DNA of 64,000 bases from Bacteroidota bacterium (GTDB lineage: Bacteria; Bacteroidota; Bacteroidia; Bacteroidales; CAIXZF01), in contig JAKLIX010000016.1 of the NCBI GenBank assembly GCA_022709385.1, forward strand, positions 8,926 to 72,925, given 5' to 3'. Positions 17,401-25,699 of the stretch are shown piece after piece; position 1 is the first letter of the stretch; each line of letters begins with the position of its first letter. The notes below the pieces were generated by a model. That model was not told where the DNA came from. It saw only the letters and a program-made list of their open reading frames with translations, and made no database searches. A program made the position numbers and the translations under genes.

Positions 17401-19087
17401 GGAGAAGGAATCAACAGAAAGGTCAAAACTTCTAGGTAACCGTGAGAGGCCGGAGCAGGAAGGACAGCTGTCTCAGACGCTTGTGAACAACAAGCGGGAG
17501 AAGGCTGGGGAGGAATCCGCTGAAATCGTGAAAGCTGATCAGGAACAGGCGATGGTCCAACCGAAAGTGGATGCCGCCAGACGATGGGAGGAGGACAGAC
17601 CTTCATTTAGGATGCTGCAATCGCAGGTGGATACGCTCTATGACAGGCTGAAACAGAATCCTTCGCTGCGTGTTTCCCCTGCCCTGATGAATTTGCTTCA
17701 GAACCTGACAGATATGGCGGACAGCCTCGAACAGAGCCATGCTGCTTACGAAAGCCCTGGCTCTCAAGGCCTGCAGGGCCAGGATACGGAACCCCCGGCC
17801 ATGGTGATCGCGCTCGAAGGCCTGGAGGTCAGGGCTACTGCAAACCGCCTGAAATATCTTATTAACAGACTTACTGTCAATGATCTCGCAAGTTCGGGTG
17901 GCAGTTTGCGCCAGCGGAATTTGAAGGCTGCTCTGGCTGCTTCCGACAGTTTGTACGCGGCTGCAGATCAGTTAAGAAAGCAAGCTGCCAGGCAGGCCTC
18001 CCCGCGCAACAGCCTTACTTTGATGCAAAGAGCCGAACTGTATGAAGACCTGGCGGGTCTCGAACAACAAAATCTTGCTGACAGCCTCAGGCTTTCGGCG
18101 GGCATTTCAGAATCAGGGATTAAACCGCCTGCTAAAGACCTTAGCATGGTTCAAACAACGAAAGCCGATGTTGTACAATCAGCCAAACAACCTGACAGAC
18201 AGGCAAGCGCTCAGCCTGAGGCTGGCCGGACTTCTCAGCAGCAGGCACCCAGCTCAGGGACACTTGTCACGGGGAATACCGTATCCAAACCTTCAGTCAC
18301 GGGTGATGCTCAGGTAGTCGCACAGCAGGCTGCACGACCCGAAGCCGCAAAGGGAACTTCAGGCGAAAACGGGTCAGGTCTTCTCCAAAAACCTATAAAC
18401 CAGTTGAATACTTCGGAAAAGGCGGTCGTCACCGGAATGATCAGGAGGGCTGTCCGGGAAGCTGAACTTCCCTTGCTTCCCGGCCTGGTTTATTCTGTTC
18501 AGGTGGGTGTGTTCGGCTCACCCCGGACCACTTCGCAGTTGTTCGGTATCACACCCTTGTTCGGGGATCGTACTGCCGGTGGATTGTACCGTTACTTCTC
18601 GGGTCTTTTCGGGAAACGGGATGATGCCGTACAATACAAGAATGAAATGGTACGAAGGGGTGTCCCTGATGCCTTTGTTGTTGTGTTTTACCGCGGCAGA
18701 AAGATCAGTCTGGCAGAAGCGGCTTCTCTTTCCGGCGAAAGCCTGAATATCGCGATACGCCAGGATGACATACAGCGGGTTATTGCAGAGGAGAAACCCC
18801 CTGTTGCCTCTGAGGCATACTTCAGCGTGCAGCTTGCCGCTTACCGGCGGCTTCCCACGGATGCTGAAACGGCTTTATTCAGGGACAGGACCGGAAGGGT
18901 GATAGAAATGCGGCTGCTTGAATCGGGCCTGCATGTGCTGGTGACGGGAAAACTGAACAGGTGGGAAGAAGCTTTGCAACTCAGGTCGGAGATGATCGCG
19001 AAGGGAGTGTCGGATGCCTTTATCGTCGGCTTTATCAATGGAAAAAGGGTGATGGCGGGAGAAGCCCGTAAAACGATCGCCCGCTGA
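14402..19087 (+). CDS. giant exported protein: TPR + PD40 (TolB-like beta-propeller repeats) + about 1000 aa coiled-coil/low-complexity + two C-terminal SPOR domains
   Basis: TTG start, signal peptide, and TPR (YFREGKYVLAKDVY, YLGKAYHFNYRFVDAIRMY). PD40 motifs (DGKTLYFSSRGHNSMGGYDIF, DGKYAFFASDRS). SPOR-like units begin near 18484 (YSVQVGVFGS...) and near 18816 (YFSVQLAAYRR...). Confidence 0.8.
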   Translation: MRKIILYSLLFLYFTSLTTMQAFCQSKPKEVSALEKKAENYFREGKYVLAKDVYSTLLSNYPKDPFYSYRFGVCLMFGDRRDPEKPVQYLELASRSPDMEPEVFYYLGKAYHFNYRFVDAIRMYEKYLSLAGKSKAAGFGVERDIGMCRNGLYLLSRVKDIVVIDKKEVRRTDFQRSYVLSGFTGEYLKKPEVFLTKQDRRKKEAGLVFFPAGQEFVLFSGYGEDNRDQRDLYLSYLLPNQTWSKAAKLPGGVNSLYDEDYPYLLPDGKTLYFSSRGHNSMGGYDIFRSVLDTVTGTWGEPENMDFAVNTPYDDLLFVADPDGKYAFFASDRSTVGDKIMVYLVRADQRPERSLDEEIRESVAATAPGQEIGRQQQEILAQMAKLEVNAAENQAADIPSSVRIDASAMASVADHERFESVVKEKIRERAITKAWVDTSYALLGKFEERIKDLKDLTGAVQKVSNEASVLAEKKMAGTLYRELSGEIKKKENRLAAIRKMAGDLQQMAGSNPSDTVRKRFESITSAILPSDTASDYRMIISDMATGGQPLTKAGRTGDSFLEGWKAPMTSAERDVLQAVLQQTRPPLAVVTGKAEGEGKIAETKVADSEKMQQAQTEKSRETAQGSLSRPDAVQDRNRKAEEVNRITDELRVLRDSMNALQEITERQRLLLLDLALESSNEAGSMLDEVNKMKAVAESVITDGSTRDLRQAASDLSREAGQQAEKAVLAYALAARIGEREEVVKKAVSELEKRALEITALLDSGQTGRASALLESVRTPLREYQKISFANDDVIPAIHRHTRELKVEVLANLKTVRNTLIEVKTLNTASENLKSQASKTADKKEARKLLSRADEMDKTARQKQQQAQDLFNQNMIWDNRTRALESAMPGARSIMNNITLRAAENYIPPRKKIRDTTLLVPVILDILSASLPAADNEYQSLVVTRGKEAADPAMTRDELISRTSSVAAMDAEMIAEQTRRVKEKPDLLVFEDTETAKVKEGQEKESTERSKLLGNRERPEQEGQLSQTLVNNKREKAGEESAEIVKADQEQAMVQPKVDAARRWEEDRPSFRMLQSQVDTLYDRLKQNPSLRVSPALMNLLQNLTDMADSLEQSHAAYESPGSQGLQGQDTEPPAMVIALEGLEVRATANRLKYLINRLTVNDLASSGGSLRQRNLKAALAASDSLYAAADQLRKQAARQASPRNSLTLMQRAELYEDLAGLEQQNLADSLRLSAGISESGIKPPAKDLSMVQTTKADVVQSAKQPDRQASAQPEAGRTSQQQAPSSGTLVTGNTVSKPSVTGDAQVVAQQAARPEAAKGTSGENGSGLLQKPINQLNTSEKAVVTGMIRRAVREAELPLLPGLVYSVQVGVFGSPRTTSQLFGITPLFGDRTAGGLYRYFSGLFGKRDDAVQYKNEMVRRGVPDAFVVVFYRGRKISLAEAASLSGESLNIAIRQDDIQRVIAEEKPPVASEAYFSVQLAAYRRLPTDAETALFRDRTGRVIEMRLLESGLHVLVTGKLNRWEEALQLRSEMIAKGVSDAFIVGFINGKRVMAGEARKTIAR

Positions 19088-19121
19088 AGCGGAATTATCC
19101 CTATTTTCGTCAGCAGGTTTT

Positions 19122-21026
19122 ATGTTACCACGGGAAATACTTCAGAAATACTGGGGCTATGGGGCATTTCGCCCCCTGCAGGAGGAGATCATCCACTCCG
19201 TGCTGGAGGGAAAGGATACGCTTGCCTTGTTGCCGACCGGGGGAGGGAAATCGGTGTGTTTCCAGGTTCCTGCCCTGGCGCGCGACGGCATGTGCCTGGT
19301 GATTTCTCCCCTGATCGCCCTGATGAAGGATCAGGTAAGGAACCTTCATGAAAAGGGAATCCCTGCTTTTGCCTTGTATTCCGGCATGCACCCCAGAGAG
19401 TCGGAACTTGTGTACAACAATTGTGCTTCGGGAAGGGCCAGGTTCCTGTATGTATCACCAGAACGGCTTGAAAGCAGGGAATTTCTTACCAGGATTCAGC
19501 ACTGGAAGATCAATCTGCTGGCTGTGGATGAGGCCCATTGCATTTCACAGTGGGGGTATGACTTCAGGCCGCCATATCTGAAGATTGCTGCCGTTCGCAG
19601 GCTGCTTCCGGGTGTTCCCGTGCTGGCCCTGACAGCCACAGCCACTCCCCCGGTGGTGGATGACATCCAGGAAAAGCTGGAGTTTTCCGAAAAGAACGTG
19701 TTTCAGAAGAGCTTCCTCAGGAGCAACCTTGCTTACCTGGTATTGCATGAGGAAGACAAACGCGGCCGCCTGCTGAGGATCATCAGTAAAACACCGGGTA
19801 CAGGGATCATTTATGTCAGAAACAGAAAGAAAACAGCTGAAACAGCCCAGTTCCTGAACAGGCATCAGGTAGCTGCCTCCTTTTACCATGCAGGCCTCGA
19901 TCATGCCAGTCGTGCCACCCGGCAGGATGACTGGATAAAGGGAAAAACCAGGGTGATGGTGGCCACGAACGCATTCGGAATGGGTATCGACAAGCCGGAT
20001 GTACGTTTTGTGGTTCACCTCGACCTGCCTGACAGCCTGGAAGCGTATTTTCAGGAGGCCGGCAGGGCAGGGCGGGATGAAAAATCCAGCTACAGTGTGA
20101 TCCTCTATGATCAAACAGACCTGATCACGCTCGAAACCAATGTCAGGCAATCTGTTCCGGAACCGGATACCATCAGAAAAGTGTACTCAGCCCTCGGAAA
20201 TTATGGCAGGATTCCGCTTTACGGGGGAATCGATGCCCCTTTTCCCTTTGATATCGGGGATTTTTGCAGGCAATACAGGTTCCAGCCCCTGATCGTATAC
20301 CGGTCAATTGAATTTCTGGAGCGGGAGGGTTATCTGCTCAGATCCTCAGATTTCGGAAGCCCTTCAAGACTTCATTTTCTTGCCGGACGTGAAGACTTGT
20401 ACCGTATTCAGGTTCAATATCCCGAACTGGACGAATTCATCAGGGTGATGCTGCGGTCGTATGGCGGACTTTTTTCGGATTATGCAGTGGTGAATGAAGC
20501 TGAAACTGCAAAGCGCTGCGGGATATCTCCGGACCAGGCTGTTATACGGCTTAAACGGCTCATGGCCCTTGGCGTGCTTGATTATCAACCCAGGAAAACC
20601 ATGCCTGAGCTGACGTTTTGCAGGGAAAGGGTGGATGAGAAATACCTGCCGCTGGCTGGAGGGAATTATCAGCAACTCTGCGACAGGGCTGTGGAGAAAT
20701 ACCAGGCAGTGCTGCATTATGTCACTTCTGTAAACCGTTGCCGCAGCCGCCTGCTGCTGGAGTATTTCGGCGAAGCCAACAGCAGTGCCTGCGGCAGGTG
20801 CGATGTATGCCTGCAACGCCACCGTTCAGGTATAACCGATGCCGAGTTCGGAAAAATCAGCGATATTCTGAACACGATGCTGCAGCAGGAACATCTCAGC
20901 ATGGAACAGGTCAGGGACAGAATCACCGGCCAGCGTGAAGAAGCGGTGGTGATTGCCATGAACTGGCTGATAGACCAGGGAAGTATTAAAACAGACCGGC
21001 ATGGGAAACTGTATTGGAGATCATAG
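19122..21026 (+). CDS. recQ: RecQ family ATP-dependent DNA helicase
   Basis: GGGKS Walker A, DEAHCISQWGYDFRPPY, and the RecQ C-terminal Zn-binding cysteines (CRSRLLLEYFGE...CGRCDVC). Confidence 0.9.
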   Translation: MLPREILQKYWGYGAFRPLQEEIIHSVLEGKDTLALLPTGGGKSVCFQVPALARDGMCLVISPLIALMKDQVRNLHEKGIPAFALYSGMHPRESELVYNNCASGRARFLYVSPERLESREFLTRIQHWKINLLAVDEAHCISQWGYDFRPPYLKIAAVRRLLPGVPVLALTATATPPVVDDIQEKLEFSEKNVFQKSFLRSNLAYLVLHEEDKRGRLLRIISKTPGTGIIYVRNRKKTAETAQFLNRHQVAASFYHAGLDHASRATRQDDWIKGKTRVMVATNAFGMGIDKPDVRFVVHLDLPDSLEAYFQEAGRAGRDEKSSYSVILYDQTDLITLETNVRQSVPEPDTIRKVYSALGNYGRIPLYGGIDAPFPFDIGDFCRQYRFQPLIVYRSIEFLEREGYLLRSSDFGSPSRLHFLAGREDLYRIQVQYPELDEFIRVMLRSYGGLFSDYAVVNEAETAKRCGISPDQAVIRLKRLMALGVLDYQPRKTMPELTFCRERVDEKYLPLAGGNYQQLCDRAVEKYQAVLHYVTSVNRCRSRLLLEYFGEANSSACGRCDVCLQRHRSGITDAEFGKISDILNTMLQQEHLSMEQVRDRITGQREEAVVIAMNWLIDQGSIKTDRHGKLYWRS

Positions 21027-21033
21027 GCAAGGA

Positions 21034-21639
21034 ATGATCCTGCCCCCTGAGTTTTATCGTCGCGGGGGAGTGACGGAAATTGCCAGGGAACTGCTGGGTA
21101 AGGAGTTGGTCTGTATGCAGGATGGGGTCGTGGTGAGTGGATTGATCACTGAGACAGAGGCATATGCGGGTGTCACCGACAGGGCTTCCCATGCTTACGG
21201 AGGCCGTTGCAGTGCAAGAACGGAGGTCATGTACAGGGAGGGCGGAGTTGCATACATTTACCTTTGCTATGGGATCCACAGCATGTTCAATGTCGTAACC
21301 AACAGGAAAGGAATACCGGATGCCATCCTGATCAGGGCAATCCGGCCTTTGCATGGGCTGCAGCTGATGCAGCAGCGTGCAGGAGTCCCGCATAGTCCAG
21401 ACAGGATAGGCAATGGTCCCGGGAAGGTTTCCAGGATATTGGGTTTGCATTATTCGGAAAGCGGAATACCCCTCACGGGGCCAAAGGTGTTTATCAGGCA
21501 TACAGCGCTGGTGGTGAGGGAGGAAATGGTGCAGACCGGTCCCAGGATTGGCGTTGATTATGCCGGTGAAGATGCATTGCTGCCTTATCGTTTCAGGATC
21601 GAAGACGAAACGATTCATTCGCTGCTGCAGACCTTGTGA
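21034..21639 (+). CDS. DNA-3-methyladenine glycosylase (AAG/MPG family)
   Basis: LPPEFYRR...ARELLGKELV...ETEAY...DRASHAY...YIYLCYGIHSMFNVV pattern of the Mpg family. ATG 21034 lies just after the recQ stop. Confidence 0.85.
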   Translation: MILPPEFYRRGGVTEIARELLGKELVCMQDGVVVSGLITETEAYAGVTDRASHAYGGRCSARTEVMYREGGVAYIYLCYGIHSMFNVVTNRKGIPDAILIRAIRPLHGLQLMQQRAGVPHSPDRIGNGPGKVSRILGLHYSESGIPLTGPKVFIRHTALVVREEMVQTGPRIGVDYAGEDALLPYRFRIEDETIHSLLQTL

Positions 21640-21680
21640 GACTAATTCGGGGAAAAAAATAAACGATATGATTTTTTTTG

Positions 21681-21688
21681 TAATTTTG
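21681..21688 (+). promoter_or_regulatory. -7 promoter box TAATTTTG
   Basis: Exact TAnnTTTG, 32 nt upstream of ATG 21720. Confidence 0.4.
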
Positions 21689-21719
21689 CACGCTTATAAC
21701 AATAAAACTTGCATGCAAT

Positions 21720-22409
21720 ATGGCCAAGAAGCTTGACAACACTGAAGAAAGAATTCATAAAGTCGAGGAAGCACTGGGAAGAACGGAACAGTTCATCGAG
21801 GACAACCAGCGAACCCTGATCATCATCATTTCGGTCATCGTACTGGTAATTCTGGGATATTTCGGGTTTAAAAGGTATTACATTCAGCCCAGGGAAGAAG
21901 AAGCCCAGTCGCAGATGTGGATGGCGGAAAAGTATTTTGGCATGGATTCGCTTGACAAGGCCCTCAACGGGGATGGTGCTTATCCGGGCTTTCTGACCAT
22001 CATTGATGATTACGGGATGACCAAGTCCGCTAATCTGTCGAAATATTATGCAGGCCTGATCTACCTGAAAAAGGGCGAATTTCAGACAGCCCTTGATTAT
22101 CTGAAGAAATTCAAAAAGCGCGATGCAATGGTGGCAGCCATGGCCGGGGCAGCCATGGGGGATGCTTACATGGAACTGGGAGATACGAAGAAAGCACTTG
22201 ATCATTATCTGGCTGCGGCTGAAGATTACCCCAATGATTTCACCACGCCGGTTTTTCTCACCAAAGCAGCCTGGACGCACGAGATGCTCAAGGAATATGA
22301 CAAGGCCAATGCCATCTATGACCGTATTCGCAAAGAATACCCCAAAAGCAACGAAGCCAGGAATGTGGAGAAATCCATTACCAGGAATAATATCCTGAAA
22401 GGCAGTTAA
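21720..22409 (+). CDS. membrane-anchored tetratricopeptide repeat protein (YfgM-like)
   Basis: One N-terminal TM helix (LIIIISVIVLVILGYFGF) followed by TPR-like helices. Sits immediately upstream of ribH. Confidence 0.7.
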   Translation: MAKKLDNTEERIHKVEEALGRTEQFIEDNQRTLIIIISVIVLVILGYFGFKRYYIQPREEEAQSQMWMAEKYFGMDSLDKALNGDGAYPGFLTIIDDYGMTKSANLSKYYAGLIYLKKGEFQTALDYLKKFKKRDAMVAAMAGAAMGDAYMELGDTKKALDHYLAAAEDYPNDFTTPVFLTKAAWTHEMLKEYDKANAIYDRIRKEYPKSNEARNVEKSITRNNILKGS

Positions 22410-22419
22410 TCTTTTTTAC

Positions 22420-22923
22420 ATGTCCAGCAGCCTGAGGAATCTGTCGGCTTTTCATCCGGAGGAACTGCCGTCCGCGGCCGGCATGAAAGCAGGTATTGTT
22501 GTATCAGAATGGAATGAGATAGTAACGTCAAAGCTGCTGGAAGGTGCCAGGAAGCTGCTGATTGATCAGGGAATGGACCCGTCTGATCTTTTCGTGTATT
22601 CCGTACCGGGCAGTTTTGAACTGCCGCTTGCCGCAGATTTGCTTTTTCACACACATCATCCCGATGGTGTGATCTGCCTGGGATGTGTCATCCAGGGCGA
22701 AACCCGTCACTTTGAATTTATCTGCCAGGCCGTCAGTCAGGGTGTGATGCGGGTTGGACTTGACATTGGCCGGCCGGTGATATTTGGCGTGCTGACCACG
22801 GATACATTGGAGCAGGCGATGGACAGGGCAGGGGGAAAGCACGGGAACAAAGGAACAGAGGCCGCGGTCAGCCTGATCAGGATGATAGACCTGAAAAGGA
22901 GACTGGAAGCGGGCACTAAGTGA
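22420..22923 (+). CDS. ribH: 6,7-dimethyl-8-ribityllumazine synthase
   Basis: VPGSFELP...G.VIQGETRHFEFI...GVLT...A..RAG.K.GNKG signature of lumazine synthase. Confidence 0.92.
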   Translation: MSSSLRNLSAFHPEELPSAAGMKAGIVVSEWNEIVTSKLLEGARKLLIDQGMDPSDLFVYSVPGSFELPLAADLLFHTHHPDGVICLGCVIQGETRHFEFICQAVSQGVMRVGLDIGRPVIFGVLTTDTLEQAMDRAGGKHGNKGTEAAVSLIRMIDLKRRLEAGTK

Positions 22924-23894
22924 TGTCAATGGAACACAGGCTTTCCATTATCTTCTTCGGTACCCCCGTTTTTGCGGTGCCTTCCCTGGATGCCATCGTG
23001 AAAAAGGGATATTTGGTAAAGGCCGTTGTGACCGTCCCCGATAAACCGGCCGGACGGGGTTACGCCCTCCGGGCTTCTGCCGTGAAGGAATATGCGCTTC
23101 GTCACAAACTGACACTCTTACAGCCTGAAAAACTTGATGATGAAGCCTTTATACGCCAGCTGACCTCGCTCAATCCTGATATTCAGGTGGTTGTAGCGTT
23201 TAAAAAACTGCCTGAGCTTGTCTGGCGGATCCCACCGCTTGGAACGGTCAACCTGCATGCATCCCTGCTGCCGGATTATCGCGGTGCAGCTCCAATCAAC
23301 AGGGTCCTCATGAATGGGGAAACCATGAGCGGGCTTACAACTTTTTTTATCAATGAGACGATAGATACCGGGCATATCCTGCTTCAGACCAGGCTTGCGC
23401 TGGATGAGACCATGACAGCCGGAGCGCTGCATGATCTGATGATGCCACCCGGCGCAGCATTATTAATCAAATCATTGGAAGGACTCAGGCTGGGTACTTT
23501 GGCCCCAAGGCCTCAGGAAACTGCCGATACGGGCAGGCCTTTGCGGCTTGCCCCGAAAATCAGCAAAGCAGAATGCAGGATCAACTGGGCGTTGCCCTCT
23601 GACACTGTCTATAACATGATCAGGGGGCTCAGTCCATCACCTGCAGCATACTCGGTGCTTCACCGCGAGGGAGATCCGCCGGCCAAGGTGAAGCTGTTAC
23701 GGGTGAAAAAAGAGATATCCGGCAGAGACAGCGTTCCCGGCATCGTGTGCTCAGATGGCAGAACAAGTCTGAAAATCGCTTGCATTGACGGGTGGATTGT
23801 GGTAGAGGAACTTCAGATGGAGGGTCACAGATCTCTGTTGATCAGCGACTTTCTGAATGGCGTCCGGGTTCTTTCTTCGTGCTTCTTCGAATAA
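22923..23894 (+). CDS. fmt: methionyl-tRNA formyltransferase
   Basis: IIFFGTPVFAVPSL...NLHASLLPDYRGAAPI motif. The start is ambiguous (GTG 22920, ATG 22923 or ATG 22929). TGATG overlap with the ribH stop. Confidence 0.9.
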   Translation: MSMEHRLSIIFFGTPVFAVPSLDAIVKKGYLVKAVVTVPDKPAGRGYALRASAVKEYALRHKLTLLQPEKLDDEAFIRQLTSLNPDIQVVVAFKKLPELVWRIPPLGTVNLHASLLPDYRGAAPINRVLMNGETMSGLTTFFINETIDTGHILLQTRLALDETMTAGALHDLMMPPGAALLIKSLEGLRLGTLAPRPQETADTGRPLRLAPKISKAECRINWALPSDTVYNMIRGLSPSPAAYSVLHREGDPPAKVKLLRVKKEISGRDSVPGIVCSDGRTSLKIACIDGWIVVEELQMEGHRSLLISDFLNGVRVLSSCFFE

Positions 23895-23916
23895 TCCGGC
23901 ATCCGGATGCCGGATT
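23893..23916 (+). terminator. perfect 24-nt palindrome/hairpin directly after fmt (no U-tract)
   Basis: AATCCGGCAT-CCGG-ATGCCGGATT. It begins inside the fmt stop codon. 10-bp stem with a 4-nt loop. Confidence 0.4.
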
Positions 23917-24040
23917 GCTGAGATGGCTTTAGAAAAGCGTCAGACTGTGTTAAAACCTTGTTAATGCTTTTAAAAACAGTTGATTTTATTAACAACTTCA
24001 TTTTTTTTTGAACATTTATAAGGGTTTTAGGCTGAAAGAC

Positions 24041-24070
24041 TTGACTTTTTGCAGAAATAGCTTATATTTG
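24041..24070 (+). promoter_or_regulatory. promoter of the first HU gene (TTGAC ... TATATTTG)
   Basis: TTG at 24041-24043 and TAnnTTTG at 24063-24070, separated by 19 nt. ATG at 24113. Confidence 0.55.
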
Positions 24071-24112
24071 CACAAAATTAATCCAACCCATTATTAACCA
24101 AAAACAAGGAAG

Positions 24113-24385
24113 ATGAACAAAGCAGAATTGATCGACGCCATGGCTGCCGAAGCCAAGATGACAAAATCTGATGCCAAAAAGGCACTGGATGCATTCATTG
24201 ATGCTACATCCAAAGCCCTGAAGAAGGGTGACCGTGTTGCACTTGTTGGTTTTGGTTCCTTCGGCGTGGCAAAGAGGGCTGCAAGGAAAGGCAGAAATCC
24301 TCAGACCGGCAAGGAAATTAAGATCGCTGCCAAGAAAGTGGTAAAATTCAAGGCAGGCAGTGAACTTGCCAAGAAAGTGAAGTAA
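24113..24385 (+). CDS. hup: HU family DNA-binding protein
   Basis: 90 aa, [11 protein letters not shown]...GFGSF...[12 protein letters not shown]..., canonical HU/IHF fold sequence. Confidence 0.93.
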   Translation: MNKAELIDAMAAEAKMTKSDAKKALDAFIDATSKALKKGDRVALVGFGSFGVAKRAARKGRNPQTGKEIKIAAKKVVKFKAGSELAKKVK

Positions 24386-24400
24386 TCATCTTCACAGAAA

Positions 24401-24439
24401 AAAGAGGGTATACCGAATGCGGGATACCCTCTTTTTTTA
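24401..24439 (+). terminator. rho-independent terminator
   Basis: AGAGGGTATACC-GAATGC-GGGATACCCTCT stem (one mismatch) followed by a T7 run. Confidence 0.8.
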
Positions 24440-24470
24440 TTTGTTTTTTCGCCGAATTCTTGTAGGTTTG
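24440..24470 (+). promoter_or_regulatory. promoter of the second HU gene (TTTG ... TAGGTTTG)
   Basis: TTTG at 24440-24443 and TAnnTTTG at 24463-24470, with 19-nt spacing. ATG at 24495. Confidence 0.55.
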
Positions 24471-24494
24471 TGTTTTCATTAAGCTTTGCCGATC

Positions 24495-24758
24495 ATGAAC
24501 AAGAAGGAACTTACCGGCTTGATTTCCGCTGATGCCAGGATTTCAATCAAGGCTGCCAGATGTGCCCTTGAAGCCATCATCGATATTATCTCAAAGGCTC
24601 TGAAAAAAGGAGACAGAGTAACTATCAGCGGATTCGGATCCTTTATGGTTTGGAAGCGCCCTGCCCGTAAAGGCAGAAACCCGCTTACCGGTAAGGAGAT
24701 TGTTGTTCCTGCCAAAAAAGTGGTGAAATTCCGCCCGGTTCTCGAACTGACGGATTAG
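24495..24758 (+). CDS. hup: HU family DNA-binding protein (second paralog)
   Basis: MNKKELTGLISA...GFGSFMVWKRPARKGRNPLTGKEI. ATG 24495 gives the canonical HU N-terminus. Confidence 0.9.
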   Translation: MNKKELTGLISADARISIKAARCALEAIIDIISKALKKGDRVTISGFGSFMVWKRPARKGRNPLTGKEIVVPAKKVVKFRPVLELTD

Positions 24759-24802
24759 CCCCTTCCTGATGCGGTCAGCACTGACGGATGTCATAAAAAA
24801 AT

Positions 24803-25516
24803 ATGCAGGCCAGTAATCATGTTGCGCATACGGTTCCCGATGCGATGAAAGCGGGACTTCTGGAGTTCCTTTCCGGCTTTATCACTGAGGAACGTTATAC
24901 CCGTTTCCGTCATGTCCTTGAACAAAGAACCCGTTATCTCACTGTAGTTGTAGAGAATGCGTACCAATCGCATAATATCAGTGCGGTGCTTCGCAGTTGC
25001 GAGTGTTTCGGGATACAGGATGTACATATCATTGAAAACCTGAATGAATATCGAACACACAAGGATATTGCACTGGGGGCGGATAAATGGCTGAGTATTT
25101 CCAGGTACAGGCAGGGAAACGCAGTGGAATCCTGCCTCAGGAAACTGAGACGAGATGGTTACCGTATTGTTGCCACAAGTCCCAGACCGGATGCATGCAC
25201 TATCTGGGATTTGCCATTGGACCAAAAGACCGCTGTTGTCCTGGGTACCGAGCTGGACGGTATTTCAGAGGAGGTGAAACAAGCAGCCGATTTGTTTTTC
25301 ACCATTCCGATGGCAGGGTTAACGGAAAGTCTTAATCTGTCTGTTTCTGCCGGGATATGTCTGTTTCAGCTGAGTAAACGGGTCAGGGAATCGAAAGCTG
25401 AATGGAAACTTGATGAGGATGAAAAAACCGTAATTTTAACCGAATGGATTAAGCTATCGTTGAATCAGCCCGAAACAGTGATCCGGGAGTTTTTAAGAAA
25501 AAACGGCGTGAAATGA
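24803..25516 (+). CDS. trmH: SpoU/TrmH family tRNA/rRNA 2'-O-methyltransferase
   Basis: NISAVLRSCECFGIQDVHII, a VLGTELDGIS motif, and a C-terminal SLNLSVSAGI SPOUT knot motif. Confidence 0.8.
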   Translation: MQASNHVAHTVPDAMKAGLLEFLSGFITEERYTRFRHVLEQRTRYLTVVVENAYQSHNISAVLRSCECFGIQDVHIIENLNEYRTHKDIALGADKWLSISRYRQGNAVESCLRKLRRDGYRIVATSPRPDACTIWDLPLDQKTAVVLGTELDGISEEVKQAADLFFTIPMAGLTESLNLSVSAGICLFQLSKRVRESKAEWKLDEDEKTVILTEWIKLSLNQPETVIREFLRKNGVK

Positions 25517-25699
25517 ATGCCAGGTCAGCGATGGTGCTTATCCCATTGCTGAAACATTTTTTTGCAGCGAATGAACCCGGAAATGCCAGGGATGTGTATC
25601 CGGAATAATTGAAAAAAATAAATTGAAACGAATCATGTTCCGCATTTTTTTCAAATTCAAAACAACTGAATGAACCAGTTTCTGATAAATGCTTAAATC

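Noticed and set aside
19122-21639. RecQ helicase plus DNA glycosylase as a possible defence or anti-phage pair
   Set aside because: Both look like ordinary full-length repair enzymes. There are no nuclease, methylase, ATPase or other partner genes, no mobile-element context and no atypical domains.
20986-22280. Minus-strand ORFs 20986-21618 and 21642-22280 (210 and 212 aa)
   Set aside because: They are antisense to the Mpg-family glycosylase and the TPR protein respectively. The plus-strand genes have clear family signatures.
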